From positions 474,244 through 538,243 of the forward strand of contig OZ025696.1 in the NCBI GenBank assembly GCA_964019335.1: a stretch of 64,000 nucleotides of DNA. The letters are read 5' to 3'. Below the pieces are notes generated by a model. It saw nothing but the letters and a program-made list of their open reading frames with translations. It made no database searches and had not been told where the DNA came from. Numbering within the stretch: the first letter of the stretch is position 1; every line of letters begins with the position of its first letter. The stretch comes from Diplonema japonicum (lineage: Eukaryota > Protista > Euglenozoa: Diplonemea). Below are positions 31,605 to 42,170 of this stretch, piece by piece. Both the position numbers and the translations under genes were made by a program.

Positions 31605-32888
31605 ATGTCAATCATGTTTGAGATCTCAGCACCAGAGCTGGGTCGCACTGTTACAGTAGAAGAGCAGAAAGGGACACTTGCAGCACTATACCAACAGGTT
31701 GCTGGAGAACTTGGTATTGCAGAAGGATGCTTCGACTTACATGAGGGGGAACGTCTGGTGGACAGCGACGGCACGTGTGACTCGTTCGGGCTGTGTGGTG
31801 GATGCTTGCTGTTGAAGCTTAAGAAGAAGGTAGTAGCTGAAAGGCATCTTGAGGACAAGGGGCTGATGGTTAATGTGCCCACTTTTGCGAGGGCCCTCCT
31901 TTCACAGGGTGGAGACGTGCAGCTCATGGTTGAGGCTGGTGTGGCAGGGATGCAAGATACAGAGGGCATGACAGCTCTGATGCATGCTGCACGTGGGCAC
32001 CCTGCTGCTGTCAAGCTGCTCCTTGAAGCACAAGCTGATGTTGATGCGGCAGACTGTGATGGCATTACAGCACTGCATCTTTCTAGTGCAGAGAACTACC
32101 CTGACATTGTGAAGCTGCTCCTTGATGCTGGCGCTGACGTGGATGTGACAAACGAGTTTGAGGAGTCGCCTCTGCACTGTGCAAGCAAGGAAGCTGCCAC
32201 CAAGGTGGTCTCACTCCTCCTGTCTGCAGGTGCAGACACTGAGAAAGCATGCGACATGGGCACCACACCGCTTATGATTGCCTGCGAGATAGGCAGCGAT
32301 GTTGTTGTTGGACAACTGTTGCAAAAAGGCGCTGATATAGAAGCGAAAAACGATGAGGGATGGACTCCTTTGATGAACGCGGCCATGTATTCCCATACTA
32401 GGGTGGTGAGAAAGCTGTTAGATGCTGGTGCAGACGTGCAGGCCAAGAATAACTATGGGGATGACACTTTGGATATTGCCTTGAAATGTAGTGTGAGAAT
32501 GGAGTGCGTACAGCAGTCTTTTATAGAAGAAGTAGTAACAATGTTACTGCGAGCAGGTGCAAACCCCAGCGACAAAGTCCTGTGTTGGGCCACATCAACA
32601 GATGTCGTTTCTGCACTTGTAAGCAAGAACCTATCTACCAATCAGCTGGCTCACCTCGCAAACCGTTTTTCAAGCACCCCTGGGCTCAGCGAAGGGATGG
32701 CTGTACTGTTACCAGTTCTTGACACCACAACACTCGACACTGCCCTTTGCCAGGCATCTCGTGCAGGCAACACTGAGGTGATAAAACTGCTAGAGACAGA
32801 CAGATCCACCCTGACAACAACGGCTACTAAAAAAAGAAAAGATATAGACCCTGAGGATGCACCTGATGCAAAAAAGCGGCGCAAGTAA
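31605..32888 (+). CDS. Ankyrin-repeat protein with ubiquitin-like N-terminus and C-terminal NLS-like motifs
   Basis: GMTALMHAA, GITALHLSS, ESPLHCAS, GTTPLMIAC, GWTPLMNAA repeats; KKRK and KKRRK tail; ATG 31605 follows a pyrimidine tract + AG. Confidence 0.9.
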   Translation: MSIMFEISAPELGRTVTVEEQKGTLAALYQQVAGELGIAEGCFDLHEGERLVDSDGTCDSFGLCGGCLLLKLKKKVVAERHLEDKGLMVNVPTFARALLSQGGDVQLMVEAGVAGMQDTEGMTALMHAARGHPAAVKLLLEAQADVDAADCDGITALHLSSAENYPDIVKLLLDAGADVDVTNEFEESPLHCASKEAATKVVSLLLSAGADTEKACDMGTTPLMIACEIGSDVVVGQLLQKGADIEAKNDEGWTPLMNAAMYSHTRVVRKLLDAGADVQAKNNYGDDTLDIALKCSVRMECVQQSFIEEVVTMLLRAGANPSDKVLCWATSTDVVSALVSKNLSTNQLAHLANRFSSTPGLSEGMAVLLPVLDTTTLDTALCQASRAGNTEVIKLLETDRSTLTTTATKKRKDIDPEDAPDAKKRRK

Positions 32889-32993
32889 CAGGGTGATACG
32901 TTCAGTTGTGTCGTGGAAGTAGCAATTCGAAACGGACACGGGATTTAAAAAAAGAATAAATAAATCAGCTTTCTTTCTTGCTCCTTTCTTCTA

Positions 32994-33872
32994 ATGATGT
33001 TCTCAACAGGGACGGAAATGGCTGCACCACCCGTGCCAGTATCCGAGTCCGACAGAAATCCACTACAAGCGTACTTTCAGTCAGATCAAACAGACGAGGA
33101 AGATGAACCGCTTCTCAAGAACTCTGTGAAGAAGGTACTGCTGGCATGCGAGGCTGTGATGCCAATAGCGTTGTTGTTGAACCCGCGGTTCGGGTGGCCT
33201 GAGGGGCATTGGGTGGGGAAAAGTGCATACATATTACTGGTGGGTCCAGTGTGGGACCCTGAGCTGTACAACCTTAAACATGGACCTGCACAGGCTACAT
33301 TCTGGGTCTCGGCGGCTGTTGTATTCATCACTGCCGGACTGATCATCTTGCGTGCTGTTTGCCACCATGAAAGGGTGATGCGTGCCACGAGGACCGTCGT
33401 TCACCTTATCACATCTCCCATTAGCTTCCCATTGCTGCAAGTCTTTTTGTCGAGGGTTGTATGCAATGGGCACAACAGGTTGTGGCTGTACCCCTCAGAG
33501 GAGTGCTACACCGTCCCACATCTCTTTGAAGTTGCTGTGGGGTGTCTGTGCTTTGGGTTGTTGTGTGTCATGTGCCTCAGTGTCCTTGTCACCAGCTACG
33601 ATGCAGCGCCCGTCCGCCAAGCCCAGCTGTGCTCTAGAGTCGACATCTGCTTGCTCGTGTTTAAGATATCGAGCTCGCTGTGCTTCCACCTCCTCCTGGC
33701 ACATAGAATGATACAAGAACTGTGCCTCCTCCTCATCATGTTACCTCTCATTGTCGCTGGCTACATAGCCTTCGCGACACGCTCCTTCAGTGGCGCCACC
33801 ACCAGAATCAGACAGGGCTTCCTCTCCTTTGCGAGGTGGACACATGGCAACAGCGGTTCTAATGTATTGTAG
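32994..33872 (+). CDS. Stand-alone/truncated paralogue of the N-terminal multi-TM block of the 34969-41982 protein
   Basis: PIALLLNPRFGW..WDPELY..ITSPISFPLLQVFLSRVVCN..LWLYPSEECY..KISSSLCFHLLLA aligns with the downstream gene; start may be 33018. Confidence 0.7.
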   Translation: MMFSTGTEMAAPPVPVSESDRNPLQAYFQSDQTDEEDEPLLKNSVKKVLLACEAVMPIALLLNPRFGWPEGHWVGKSAYILLVGPVWDPELYNLKHGPAQATFWVSAAVVFITAGLIILRAVCHHERVMRATRTVVHLITSPISFPLLQVFLSRVVCNGHNRLWLYPSEECYTVPHLFEVAVGCLCFGLLCVMCLSVLVTSYDAAPVRQAQLCSRVDICLLVFKISSSLCFHLLLAHRMIQELCLLLIMLPLIVAGYIAFATRSFSGATTRIRQGFLSFARWTHGNSGSNVL

Positions 33873-34329
33873 TCTAGACCTTTGCCTCTTCGGGTCTCGT
33901 CCCATTCTCGTCCTGACCCCCCCTTCAGCGGTGCCAACTCGTACTTGTAGCTATCCTTTTTTACCCTTCCTCTTACTCCCCCTCCTGAAAATCCTTGTAA
34001 CCGTCAGTCCCCCGTAATAAAGACCATTCTCGTCAGATCAGAACTTCAGACGAGAATATTTGTACTTGTCTCACTCGGATCCGACTCGTCCGCACAGGAG
34101 GGAGGGAGGGGGAGGGGGTAGGTCACGTTTATTTTCAACTTACTTTTCTGGAGCGTCACATGAAACAAAAAAGGAAGTACTAAGAAAAGAAGAATACGAA
34201 AGTAACATTTGATAAATTTCGGTGTGCGGTGGCTCGCCGTGAATAATAGCTATTTACTGCCAACAAGTAATGACTTTACCGTTACCTCGAGGTCGGTAAA
34301 GCATTACTTGGCGGTAGGTAAGTGGTTTT

Positions 34330-34843
34330 ATTTCACGACACTCTGAAATTACTTCACCACGAGGGGCACAACAGGGTGACAAGGGGTACAACAAGAGAGG
34401 GGTTACAAAGGTTACAATACAAGTTGTTTTTCCTCCTTTTGCTGACTAAGAGCTGCCACTGTCGCTGGCATTGCCACTGTCAGGCCTTCCCATACCTGGC
34501 GTGGCCGCTGGCTCCTTTTTTTCTGCTGCTTCGGTATTTTGAAGTCTTTTGGGGAGCTTGGGTAAGCTGACTAAGTTACCCTTACCCACAGAAACTGGGA
34601 ACAAGGCCTAGCCAAAAGTGGGCAAATTGGGACTGAGCCGAGGCAAAAGTTGGCCAATTGAGCTGAACCTGGGGGGAAATAGCAAACTGAGAGGAAAAAG
34701 CCCCACTGGGAACCGAACCGAGGCAAAATTGGCCTACCTATTACTTCACGGAAAACAGGCCATTATTTCACCGTGAAGTAATGAGATTTAGCGTGAAGTA
34801 ATGGCCCCCCCAGTGCATGAAGTAATTTCTGAAGAGTGAAATA
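34330..34843. mobile_element. MITE-like element
   Basis: Imperfect inverted ends TATTTCAC..CTGAAATTACTTC / GAAGTAATTTC..GTGAAATA; repeated (G)TGAAGTAAT motifs; adjacent hairpin at ~34265-34308. Confidence 0.5.
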
Positions 34844-34968
34844 AAATAATCTTCTTGTTCTCCACTGCTTCTATTATTTTTAAAGTTCCGTCACTTTTTC
34901 TCCTCCTTCATTTCAACAGGGCAAACACGAAAGAAAGAAGGAAAAAAAAATAATAATAATAAAACACA

Positions 34969-37900
34969 ATGACCGAAAATGAGAGCTTGAACAGTTCGCT
35001 CATGTCTGACGAAGCGCAGGAGGTGGCGAACAACCCGAACCTTACAGCACTCTTCACCACCTTGAAGAGAATGGAGCCGACAAGGGGCGATGTAGTGTTC
35101 AGGAAGTCCACGCAGAAAATAGGGCTGGCAATCGAAGTTCTGCAACCTATTGCGTTAGTGCTGAACCCGCACTTCGGGTGGTCTCAAAACTGGATAGGTA
35201 AGAGTATTTACGTATTTCTGGGAGGCTTATTGTGGGACCCCGAGCTGTACAGCGTGGATGTTGTTGCAGCCCGTGCCATGTTTTGGATCGCAGCGGCTGT
35301 CGTGTTGATCACAGGCATTTTGATCGTCTCACGCACCGCCTTCGACAACGACAGGGCCATGCGTGTCATGCGCATCGTTGTCCACACCATCACTTCACCG
35401 TTGAGCTTTCCTTTGCTCCACGTCTTCTTGTCGAGGATCGTGTGCAACGAGCATGACAACCTCTGGCTCTTTCCCTCCGAAGAGTGCTACTCGGTCCTCC
35501 ACCTCATCGAAGTTGTCGTTGGCTGCTTCTGCTTCTGCTTGTTATGCATCATGTGTCTTATCATCATCACCACCATCTACGAGACAGAGCCCTCTGTGCA
35601 CATCCAAGCCCGTGCATGCTCTAAGGTCGACATTTTCTTGATATCGTACAAAATATCGAGCTCACTATGCTTCCACCTCCTCCTGGCACGCGAAATGGTC
35701 CAAGAACTATGCTTCCTGCTCATCGTGTTGCCCCTCGGCGCCACTGTGTACATCGCCTTCGCGATGCCATACAGCAACGGCACAGTGGCACAGCTAAAGA
35801 TGGGTTCTCTGTTGGTCGCGATATGGGGTGCATTTGTGGCCTATCTGTCTAGCAAGGACGAGCACAACAATAACGTGGGCAAGGGCGACGCAGATGTAAT
35901 GATCTTCTTGATAGGGGTGCCTATTGTTGCGTTGATTGGTGCGAAGCTGAGCAGTTACCGACTATCACAGCGGTGTGTAAACCACTTCAACTATGTACTG
36001 GCTGGGAACAGAAGTACCTGGTCTAGCGGTGTCTTCCCGATGTACCTCCCAGATAACGAGCAACTATTCACCCGCTTCTACTACCTCGAGTCATGGCTCC
36101 TCGAGCTGGAGACTGAGAGGGAAAACAACACTTACAAAAGTGAAGAGGAGAGCAACGAGGTGCTTGTCCCATACATCGAAGGTATCTACCTGGAGACCGA
36201 CATCGAGCTCGCATCGAGGTTCCTGTTCTTGTGGGACCAGCACTTCGGGACACGCCCCTCCGACAAGATGCTTGCTATGACGTCGCGCATTTTCACCAAG
36301 GGCATGATCAAGTTCTATGGCAGCCGAGAGGTTCAGGTGCAGTTTGCAGCCTTCTTGATACGATACCTTACCAGGTCCCACATAGCTATCAAGTTCCTCT
36401 GCGGGCTGGAGGCTGTACAGAGCCATGAAGCGGAGATAGCAACCCAGTACAAGATTTTCAAGATGTCCAACGAACTACGTGCAGGGCTGGGGATCCGCGA
36501 CAGGTCACATTCGCTGGCACTTGAACAGGCCAGAATATATCACAAGGAAGCCTTGGAGCTGATGCATTCTTTCTGGATAAAGATAGGAGCTTCTCAAGGA
36601 AAGAACCTCAAGGGGCTTGCCGCCCTTGCTAATCAGATCACGGACCGTCGCGAGAAAGCAAGGTTGTCGTTCAAGTGGATGCTGTCCCAGCATGCCCATG
36701 ATGTGCAGGTACTAGGCCAGTTTGCATCGTTCCTGCTGCAGGTGATGCTAGACCAAGAAGCTTATGAGCAGTGTTTGGAGAAAATAGACACTATCAATTC
36801 GGCCAAGAGGAATCAGTCCAAGGCGACAAGCACCATAGGATCTTCGAAATTCACTATGCTGGAGAATGGTGCCACAGGTGATCTCGTGACATCACTGGAG
36901 ATGCAGCGCTCGTCAAATAACAGAGGCAGTAGGACAGTGAAGGTGCTGCAGCTCACTATCAGGACAGTCTTTATCCCGCTCATCTTGCTGCTTGTCGCGA
37001 ACTTCCTCTTTGCATACCTCTACATCTTCAGTCATACGGAGCTCATTGAGCAGATGTATTCAGCAGGGCAGGTGCGGTTCTTATCGCAGCGTGCAGGAAC
37101 GACACTGCAGCAGCTCATTGAAGAGATACGAAAGGAGGAAGCATCAGGTGGACAGACGACAGAGGCCGTGCAAACCCTGTCAGGCAGGTTGATAAACAAG
37201 CTGAAGTCGATCACAAACACCTTAGAAGCGCATCACAACAAGATCACATTTGGGGACGCTGCCGTCAGCTACCCGCCACACGTGTTGTACTTAAAGAAGC
37301 GCAGTGTGCCGATAGAGTACTACGAAACACCGACTCTACACAGTACAGACCTTGTGTCTTTGTGGTCATTGGGGAATCTGCTGGTATCCAGTCTTTCTTT
37401 AGTGCTGCAAGAATCGCTCACGAATATTCCTAATAGCAGGTACACGGTGTTCCTCCTCACGAACCTCGTAGGGCCTGTGTCCCATGCCTTCAACAAGTCC
37501 TCGTACTACACTGAAGAGCAGAGCTCTACCATGCTGTCGACGTCCTCAAACACAGCGCTTATCATCTTCATAACGTCGATAGTGATGGTGTTCATTGTGT
37601 ACCTTATGTTTGTGTGGAACTTCAACAAGATCGCATCCTCCAAAATCAATACTCTTGAGCTGTTCACACAGATCCCAAGTGGGACCCTTTCTACTACAGC
37701 AGACGAGGCAAAGGCAAAACTCGACGCCTTCGATGTTGAGAAGGAGTTCCAACAGCAGGGCATGGACGAGCTCCTGGAACGGCTTGAAGATGAACCACCA
37801 GAGCCTGAAAAAGAAGAAGAGGAAGAACTGTCACACATGCAATTGCTGACACCAACAAGCGATGCACACATGGCGATGAGCGCCGAGGAGGCACTGGATT

Positions 37901-40900
37901 CGCTTTCAGAGAGGAAGCCTAGCATCGTAGCAATAGTCCTGAAGCGGGGTCTAGCAGATAACATCGACATGATAAGGCAAGAGAAGGCACGTATCAAATC
38001 CCCGCTAAGCGAAGTCGCACACGACATGCTGTCCGAAACCTTTGAGAGGGAAAAGTCCATCCCCAGTAACAGCAAGGTGTCGGAAACGTCTGTCGAGCAG
38101 GAAAGCAAGGAAAAAGTGCACGAAATAGAAGAAAGCGAGACTGCCGAAAAGATTCCATCCCTGACGGTCCCTGTTCTTCTTATGATTCTTGCATTCGTCA
38201 CAACTGTCAGCACTGTTACTACAACGCTCATAATGGACATCTACAGTTTGGCTGACCCCTTTGACCTCAAGAGGACTGCCTATGAGGACATTCTAGAACT
38301 GAAAGAGCACGTCACCGATCTAACCAGGAACGCCAGACTCTTCAGCCAGCAGGGTGACATCGAGCACTACGATGCTTATATGGAAATCGTTCGAACAGAG
38401 AAAATAGACAAAACAATCAAGAGGCTGTGGGATGTGAACCTGGACACGCAAGAAATCGAGCTCTTGGAAGAGGCACGGGATTTAAGCGACACTATCTCGA
38501 AACGCAACAAAATCTCTATGGTGCTCACCCAGCAGTACCGAAGGATCCCAGACCTGAAGGGGCTGAACCACATCACATGGGGACATGAGACACTGCCGGA
38601 CTTCCTGCTGAACTCTTTTGAAAGTCTCACGTCCTCGCAGTACAAGCACTCCAGCTTCGCTGAGGACTATGCCCTGCCGAACGAGGGAACGGCAAGTGCA
38701 GTAGATCTCATCATAACACACATCCAACAGTCGTACGTGCTTGCGTCAATACACACCGTGGCAGAGCTGGGCGAGTCAACCCAAAGTGACATACTGAGAG
38801 AAGCTGTTTTGTGGAAGAATCAGAGCACCACAGTTACAGCTGCTGAGCCACGTCTGCTGATGTCCTCATACACAGCGGCCCTGGAGATTGTCACTAGGCT
38901 CGTAGATGGCCAGACGGTGATCAGCACAGATCTCAATGACCGCATCGAGTCTTATGCCAGTCAGGCATGGACGGTGCTCATATCGTACTTTCCCGCATTG
39001 GCTGTTGTACAGAGCCACACAAACTTTAACATTTCGGTTTATGAGCATGAGAAGCTTCTGTGGGAAAAATCCGCATCACAGTGCTGGAACGCCATGAAGG
39101 TGCGACTCTGGGCGGTAAATCATGAATTGGTGCGCGACCCCACGTCAGCAGCCACTATCGCAGACACGTTCAACACCTTCACAAATGCACACCAAAGCAT
39201 AGCCACGAGCACGGCTGTCAATGATTTGTATAATAAGATCGCGGTTCTGACTAACACTGTGATCAACGCACGGAACGACCAGAAACTCACAACAGTGAAC
39301 AACGAGCTGGGCGTACTGTTGCTGCAGTATGCAGACATATGGAAGCAAAACATTCTCGCAATGCTCAAGGTGGGATCGCTTCTTGAGGTACTGGAGCTAA
39401 AGTTCGTTGTGGCGCGTGCCAGTGTTTTCGACCACATTTACATCCTAGAACTGCGGCACTTCAATACCAAGATTACGGAACTCTCGAACTTGCTTATTAA
39501 GAGGCTGCAGTCGGAGAGTAATGACGTCGTGAACAAGACGAAGGCGTACATGAAGGTGTCGACTGCGCTACAGGCAGTGTCCCTCGCGGTGCTGCTTAGT
39601 GTTTTATTTGTATTGGCCAACACAAATAAAATAATCTCAGGGTGCGTCTTCTCAGTGTTCTGGATCATCGCTGCGAGCACCGTGCTGCTGGTGATGGTCG
39701 GGCAGGAGGTGGATGAGTTCACTATCAAGTACAGTAAGATACAGTCTATAGAAGAAGGGGAGAATAGAACACTCGCAGGGCTGATAGGAGCAACGCAGTG
39801 GGCTATCAGCTTCGTGCAGCTGCAGGATATGTGGATGCTCACTACCTACTGGGACTTCATCAGCAGCAGTGAGATCCATGATGCCCAGGAGCAGATGATA
39901 TCACCTGAGACGCTGATGGACACCTCCAGTTCGGTGGTTGAGGCAAAGCTGGACGTAATGAAGGAGGTAAGAACAGAGTTCGAGGAGGTGAGATGGCTGG
40001 AGCGTATTGCTTTTAGAATGATGTTCGATGAGACAACAGCAGAGCTTTCGACACACCAGGATGTCCCTGCGCTGATCACCACACAAACCTGGAACCGCTC
40101 GAATGAAACACAGCTGCACCCTACATTGCAGTACGCGGCTGAGCTTGAGCACCCAGATATGTATACTACATTTGCTGAAGACATGCAGTGTGCGACCTGC
40201 ACACGCGCAAGCAGGCTTCGCAAAGTGCGGTACTTGCTGACGTCACGGAGGTACCTTGAGACGGAGGAGCGTATCTTTCAGAAGATCAAAAGCGTTACTA
40301 ATTCTGTCATCTCTAATTGGGACGCACTCTCCCCTTCGAAGATGGAGGACTTGTACTACGCGAGCATCATCTTGATCTACTGTGGCATCGCACTGTTGTT
40401 GTTCACTATCTTAGGCACCGTCTCGAAGCAGCTGCAGAACTCGTACATCAAGGACGAGATGGAGGTCGACGACCTGAGGGAGCACTTCTCGAAAATGAAA
40501 AAAAGGTGCCGCATTGCGCTGGGCATTGTGGTGGTGGTGCTTGTGGTGCTGTTCTCGCTGATTTACACAAGCGAGCTGAGCACCGAGAATGACGTGTCGA
40601 TCATCAACATGGCGACGGCCAGGCAGTGGGCGGTTCTCAAGTCGCTGATCGTGGCAAACAAGATATCTGCAGACAGCACCGTCGATATTAGCGGCCTGCA
40701 GCATCAGCTGAAGCTTTCTGCGAAACAGATGCGTGATGTCCGTGAGAAGCTGTACTTCGACTCCGATGGCGGGACGCTTACGGGATTTAGCAATTCGCAG
40801 GACTCCTTACTGTTCGGGCCAACAGCAGACTTGACAGCGGCCCAGTCTGCCAGCAAGTACAAACACTGCACGGAGGGCGGCACTTTCGCACCTTCCACGA

Positions 40901-41982
40901 TACCAGTAGACAGCTTGTATCTATCTTTCGTGACAAACATCGATTTCATTGCAAACTCAGCAGACACAAACACTGGCACCATAGACAGGTCCACTATCAT
41001 CGCTACTGTTGCGACTCTCAACGCTGGTGTCGACACGCTGCTGGAAGGCCTCCAGAACAGCCTCGACAAGTACAAAACAGCAGCCTCAGATGCATCCTGG
41101 CGGAACATCTTGTGGTGCACGCTGGCGTCTGTCGGGACGATGTTACTTATCTTTTTAGAATATCAGTTCGTGTTCCTCCCAATGATCTCGCAGCTGGTGA
41201 ACGAGGAGGACGGCACGAAGCTGATGCTGAACATGATACCGCTCGAGGTGAGAGAGAGCGTCCCAGAGATCGCCGAGTACTTCACCACCGGGAAGGTAGA
41301 CGAGGAAGAAAAGATGAAGAAGCAGCTCCAGCAATCCGAGAAACTGCTGCAGAATATTTTACCGCCAATCATCTCCCGCAGGCTGAAGGCAGGCGAGGCG
41401 CTCATCGCTGACGACCACGCGAAGGTGACGGTGGCATTCTGCGCTTTGGTCGGGTTCGATGAGGTGAGCAAGAACATGTCGGCAAAGCAGATTGTCGGGT
41501 TTCTGAACGACTTGTACAGCAGGTTCGACGAGACGACAGACAAGCTGAACCTTGAGAAAATCAAGACAATAGGAGACATCTACTTCATGTGCGGAGGGCT
41601 CACCGATGTAACGAAAGAGGACCACCCGCTGAGGGTTGTGGACACGGTGCTGCAGTTCTTCGATATTCTCACAGAGCATAACAACAGGCACAGTTCACAA
41701 CAGCTCTTGATGAAAGCAGGTATCAACACAGGCCCTGCAGTGGCGGGTGTCATCGGGTCTAAGAAGGTAGCTTACGACCTGTGGGGTGACGCTGTCAACG
41801 TGGCGTCACGTCTCTGCGGCACAGGGCTACCTGGGAAGATTGCCGTCTATCCCTCTACACAGGAGTCTGTGTCCGAATACTTCAGCTTCCACGAGAAGTG
41901 GGTCGAGGCCAAGGGCAAAGGCAGAATCATGACCTACATACTTGAGTCACGGATTAAGCCCACACCCTTTGCACACTTGTAA
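34969..41982 (+). CDS. TmcB-like giant polytopic membrane protein with TPR-like region, several extracellular helical sensor segments and C-terminal class III (adenylate-type) cyclase
   Basis: 2337-aa ORF; N-terminal TM block; ..KGMIKF..QFAAFL..LMHSFW..VLGQFASFLLQV (TmcB-type); SEKLLQNILP, LEKIKTIGDIYF, AGINTGPAVAGVIG, YDLWGDAVNVASRL, KGKG. Confidence 0.85.
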   Translation: MTENESLNSSLMSDEAQEVANNPNLTALFTTLKRMEPTRGDVVFRKSTQKIGLAIEVLQPIALVLNPHFGWSQNWIGKSIYVFLGGLLWDPELYSVDVVAARAMFWIAAAVVLITGILIVSRTAFDNDRAMRVMRIVVHTITSPLSFPLLHVFLSRIVCNEHDNLWLFPSEECYSVLHLIEVVVGCFCFCLLCIMCLIIITTIYETEPSVHIQARACSKVDIFLISYKISSSLCFHLLLAREMVQELCFLLIVLPLGATVYIAFAMPYSNGTVAQLKMGSLLVAIWGAFVAYLSSKDEHNNNVGKGDADVMIFLIGVPIVALIGAKLSSYRLSQRCVNHFNYVLAGNRSTWSSGVFPMYLPDNEQLFTRFYYLESWLLELETERENNTYKSEEESNEVLVPYIEGIYLETDIELASRFLFLWDQHFGTRPSDKMLAMTSRIFTKGMIKFYGSREVQVQFAAFLIRYLTRSHIAIKFLCGLEAVQSHEAEIATQYKIFKMSNELRAGLGIRDRSHSLALEQARIYHKEALELMHSFWIKIGASQGKNLKGLAALANQITDRREKARLSFKWMLSQHAHDVQVLGQFASFLLQVMLDQEAYEQCLEKIDTINSAKRNQSKATSTIGSSKFTMLENGATGDLVTSLEMQRSSNNRGSRTVKVLQLTIRTVFIPLILLLVANFLFAYLYIFSHTELIEQMYSAGQVRFLSQRAGTTLQQLIEEIRKEEASGGQTTEAVQTLSGRLINKLKSITNTLEAHHNKITFGDAAVSYPPHVLYLKKRSVPIEYYETPTLHSTDLVSLWSLGNLLVSSLSLVLQESLTNIPNSRYTVFLLTNLVGPVSHAFNKSSYYTEEQSSTMLSTSSNTALIIFITSIVMVFIVYLMFVWNFNKIASSKINTLELFTQIPSGTLSTTADEAKAKLDAFDVEKEFQQQGMDELLERLEDEPPEPEKEEEEELSHMQLLTPTSDAHMAMSAEEALDSLSERKPSIVAIVLKRGLADNIDMIRQEKARIKSPLSEVAHDMLSETFEREKSIPSNSKVSETSVEQESKEKVHEIEESETAEKIPSLTVPVLLMILAFVTTVSTVTTTLIMDIYSLADPFDLKRTAYEDILELKEHVTDLTRNARLFSQQGDIEHYDAYMEIVRTEKIDKTIKRLWDVNLDTQEIELLEEARDLSDTISKRNKISMVLTQQYRRIPDLKGLNHITWGHETLPDFLLNSFESLTSSQYKHSSFAEDYALPNEGTASAVDLIITHIQQSYVLASIHTVAELGESTQSDILREAVLWKNQSTTVTAAEPRLLMSSYTAALEIVTRLVDGQTVISTDLNDRIESYASQAWTVLISYFPALAVVQSHTNFNISVYEHEKLLWEKSASQCWNAMKVRLWAVNHELVRDPTSAATIADTFNTFTNAHQSIATSTAVNDLYNKIAVLTNTVINARNDQKLTTVNNELGVLLLQYADIWKQNILAMLKVGSLLEVLELKFVVARASVFDHIYILELRHFNTKITELSNLLIKRLQSESNDVVNKTKAYMKVSTALQAVSLAVLLSVLFVLANTNKIISGCVFSVFWIIAASTVLLVMVGQEVDEFTIKYSKIQSIEEGENRTLAGLIGATQWAISFVQLQDMWMLTTYWDFISSSEIHDAQEQMISPETLMDTSSSVVEAKLDVMKEVRTEFEEVRWLERIAFRMMFDETTAELSTHQDVPALITTQTWNRSNETQLHPTLQYAAELEHPDMYTTFAEDMQCATCTRASRLRKVRYLLTSRRYLETEERIFQKIKSVTNSVISNWDALSPSKMEDLYYASIILIYCGIALLLFTILGTVSKQLQNSYIKDEMEVDDLREHFSKMKKRCRIALGIVVVVLVVLFSLIYTSELSTENDVSIINMATARQWAVLKSLIVANKISADSTVDISGLQHQLKLSAKQMRDVREKLYFDSDGGTLTGFSNSQDSLLFGPTADLTAAQSASKYKHCTEGGTFAPSTIPVDSLYLSFVTNIDFIANSADTNTGTIDRSTIIATVATLNAGVDTLLEGLQNSLDKYKTAASDASWRNILWCTLASVGTMLLIFLEYQFVFLPMISQLVNEEDGTKLMLNMIPLEVRESVPEIAEYFTTGKVDEEEKMKKQLQQSEKLLQNILPPIISRRLKAGEALIADDHAKVTVAFCALVGFDEVSKNMSAKQIVGFLNDLYSRFDETTDKLNLEKIKTIGDIYFMCGGLTDVTKEDHPLRVVDTVLQFFDILTEHNNRHSSQQLLMKAGINTGPAVAGVIGSKKVAYDLWGDAVNVASRLCGTGLPGKIAVYPSTQESVSEYFSFHEKWVEAKGKGRIMTYILESRIKPTPFAHL

Positions 41983-42170
41983 ATAGTTATGGTTCCCCCT
42001 TTAAAAATATGAAAAAGAGCAGTTATTTGGCACCCGGTGTATCCTTTTCTTTTCTTCTTAACATGCCATCAAGACACTTCCGTGTTTGGTTCCTTGTCTT
42101 TTAATTTTTCTATATTTCTCATTTCCCCTTTTTGTTCTTGCTTTTCTCTCTTGCAGCCCAGTAATAGGAG

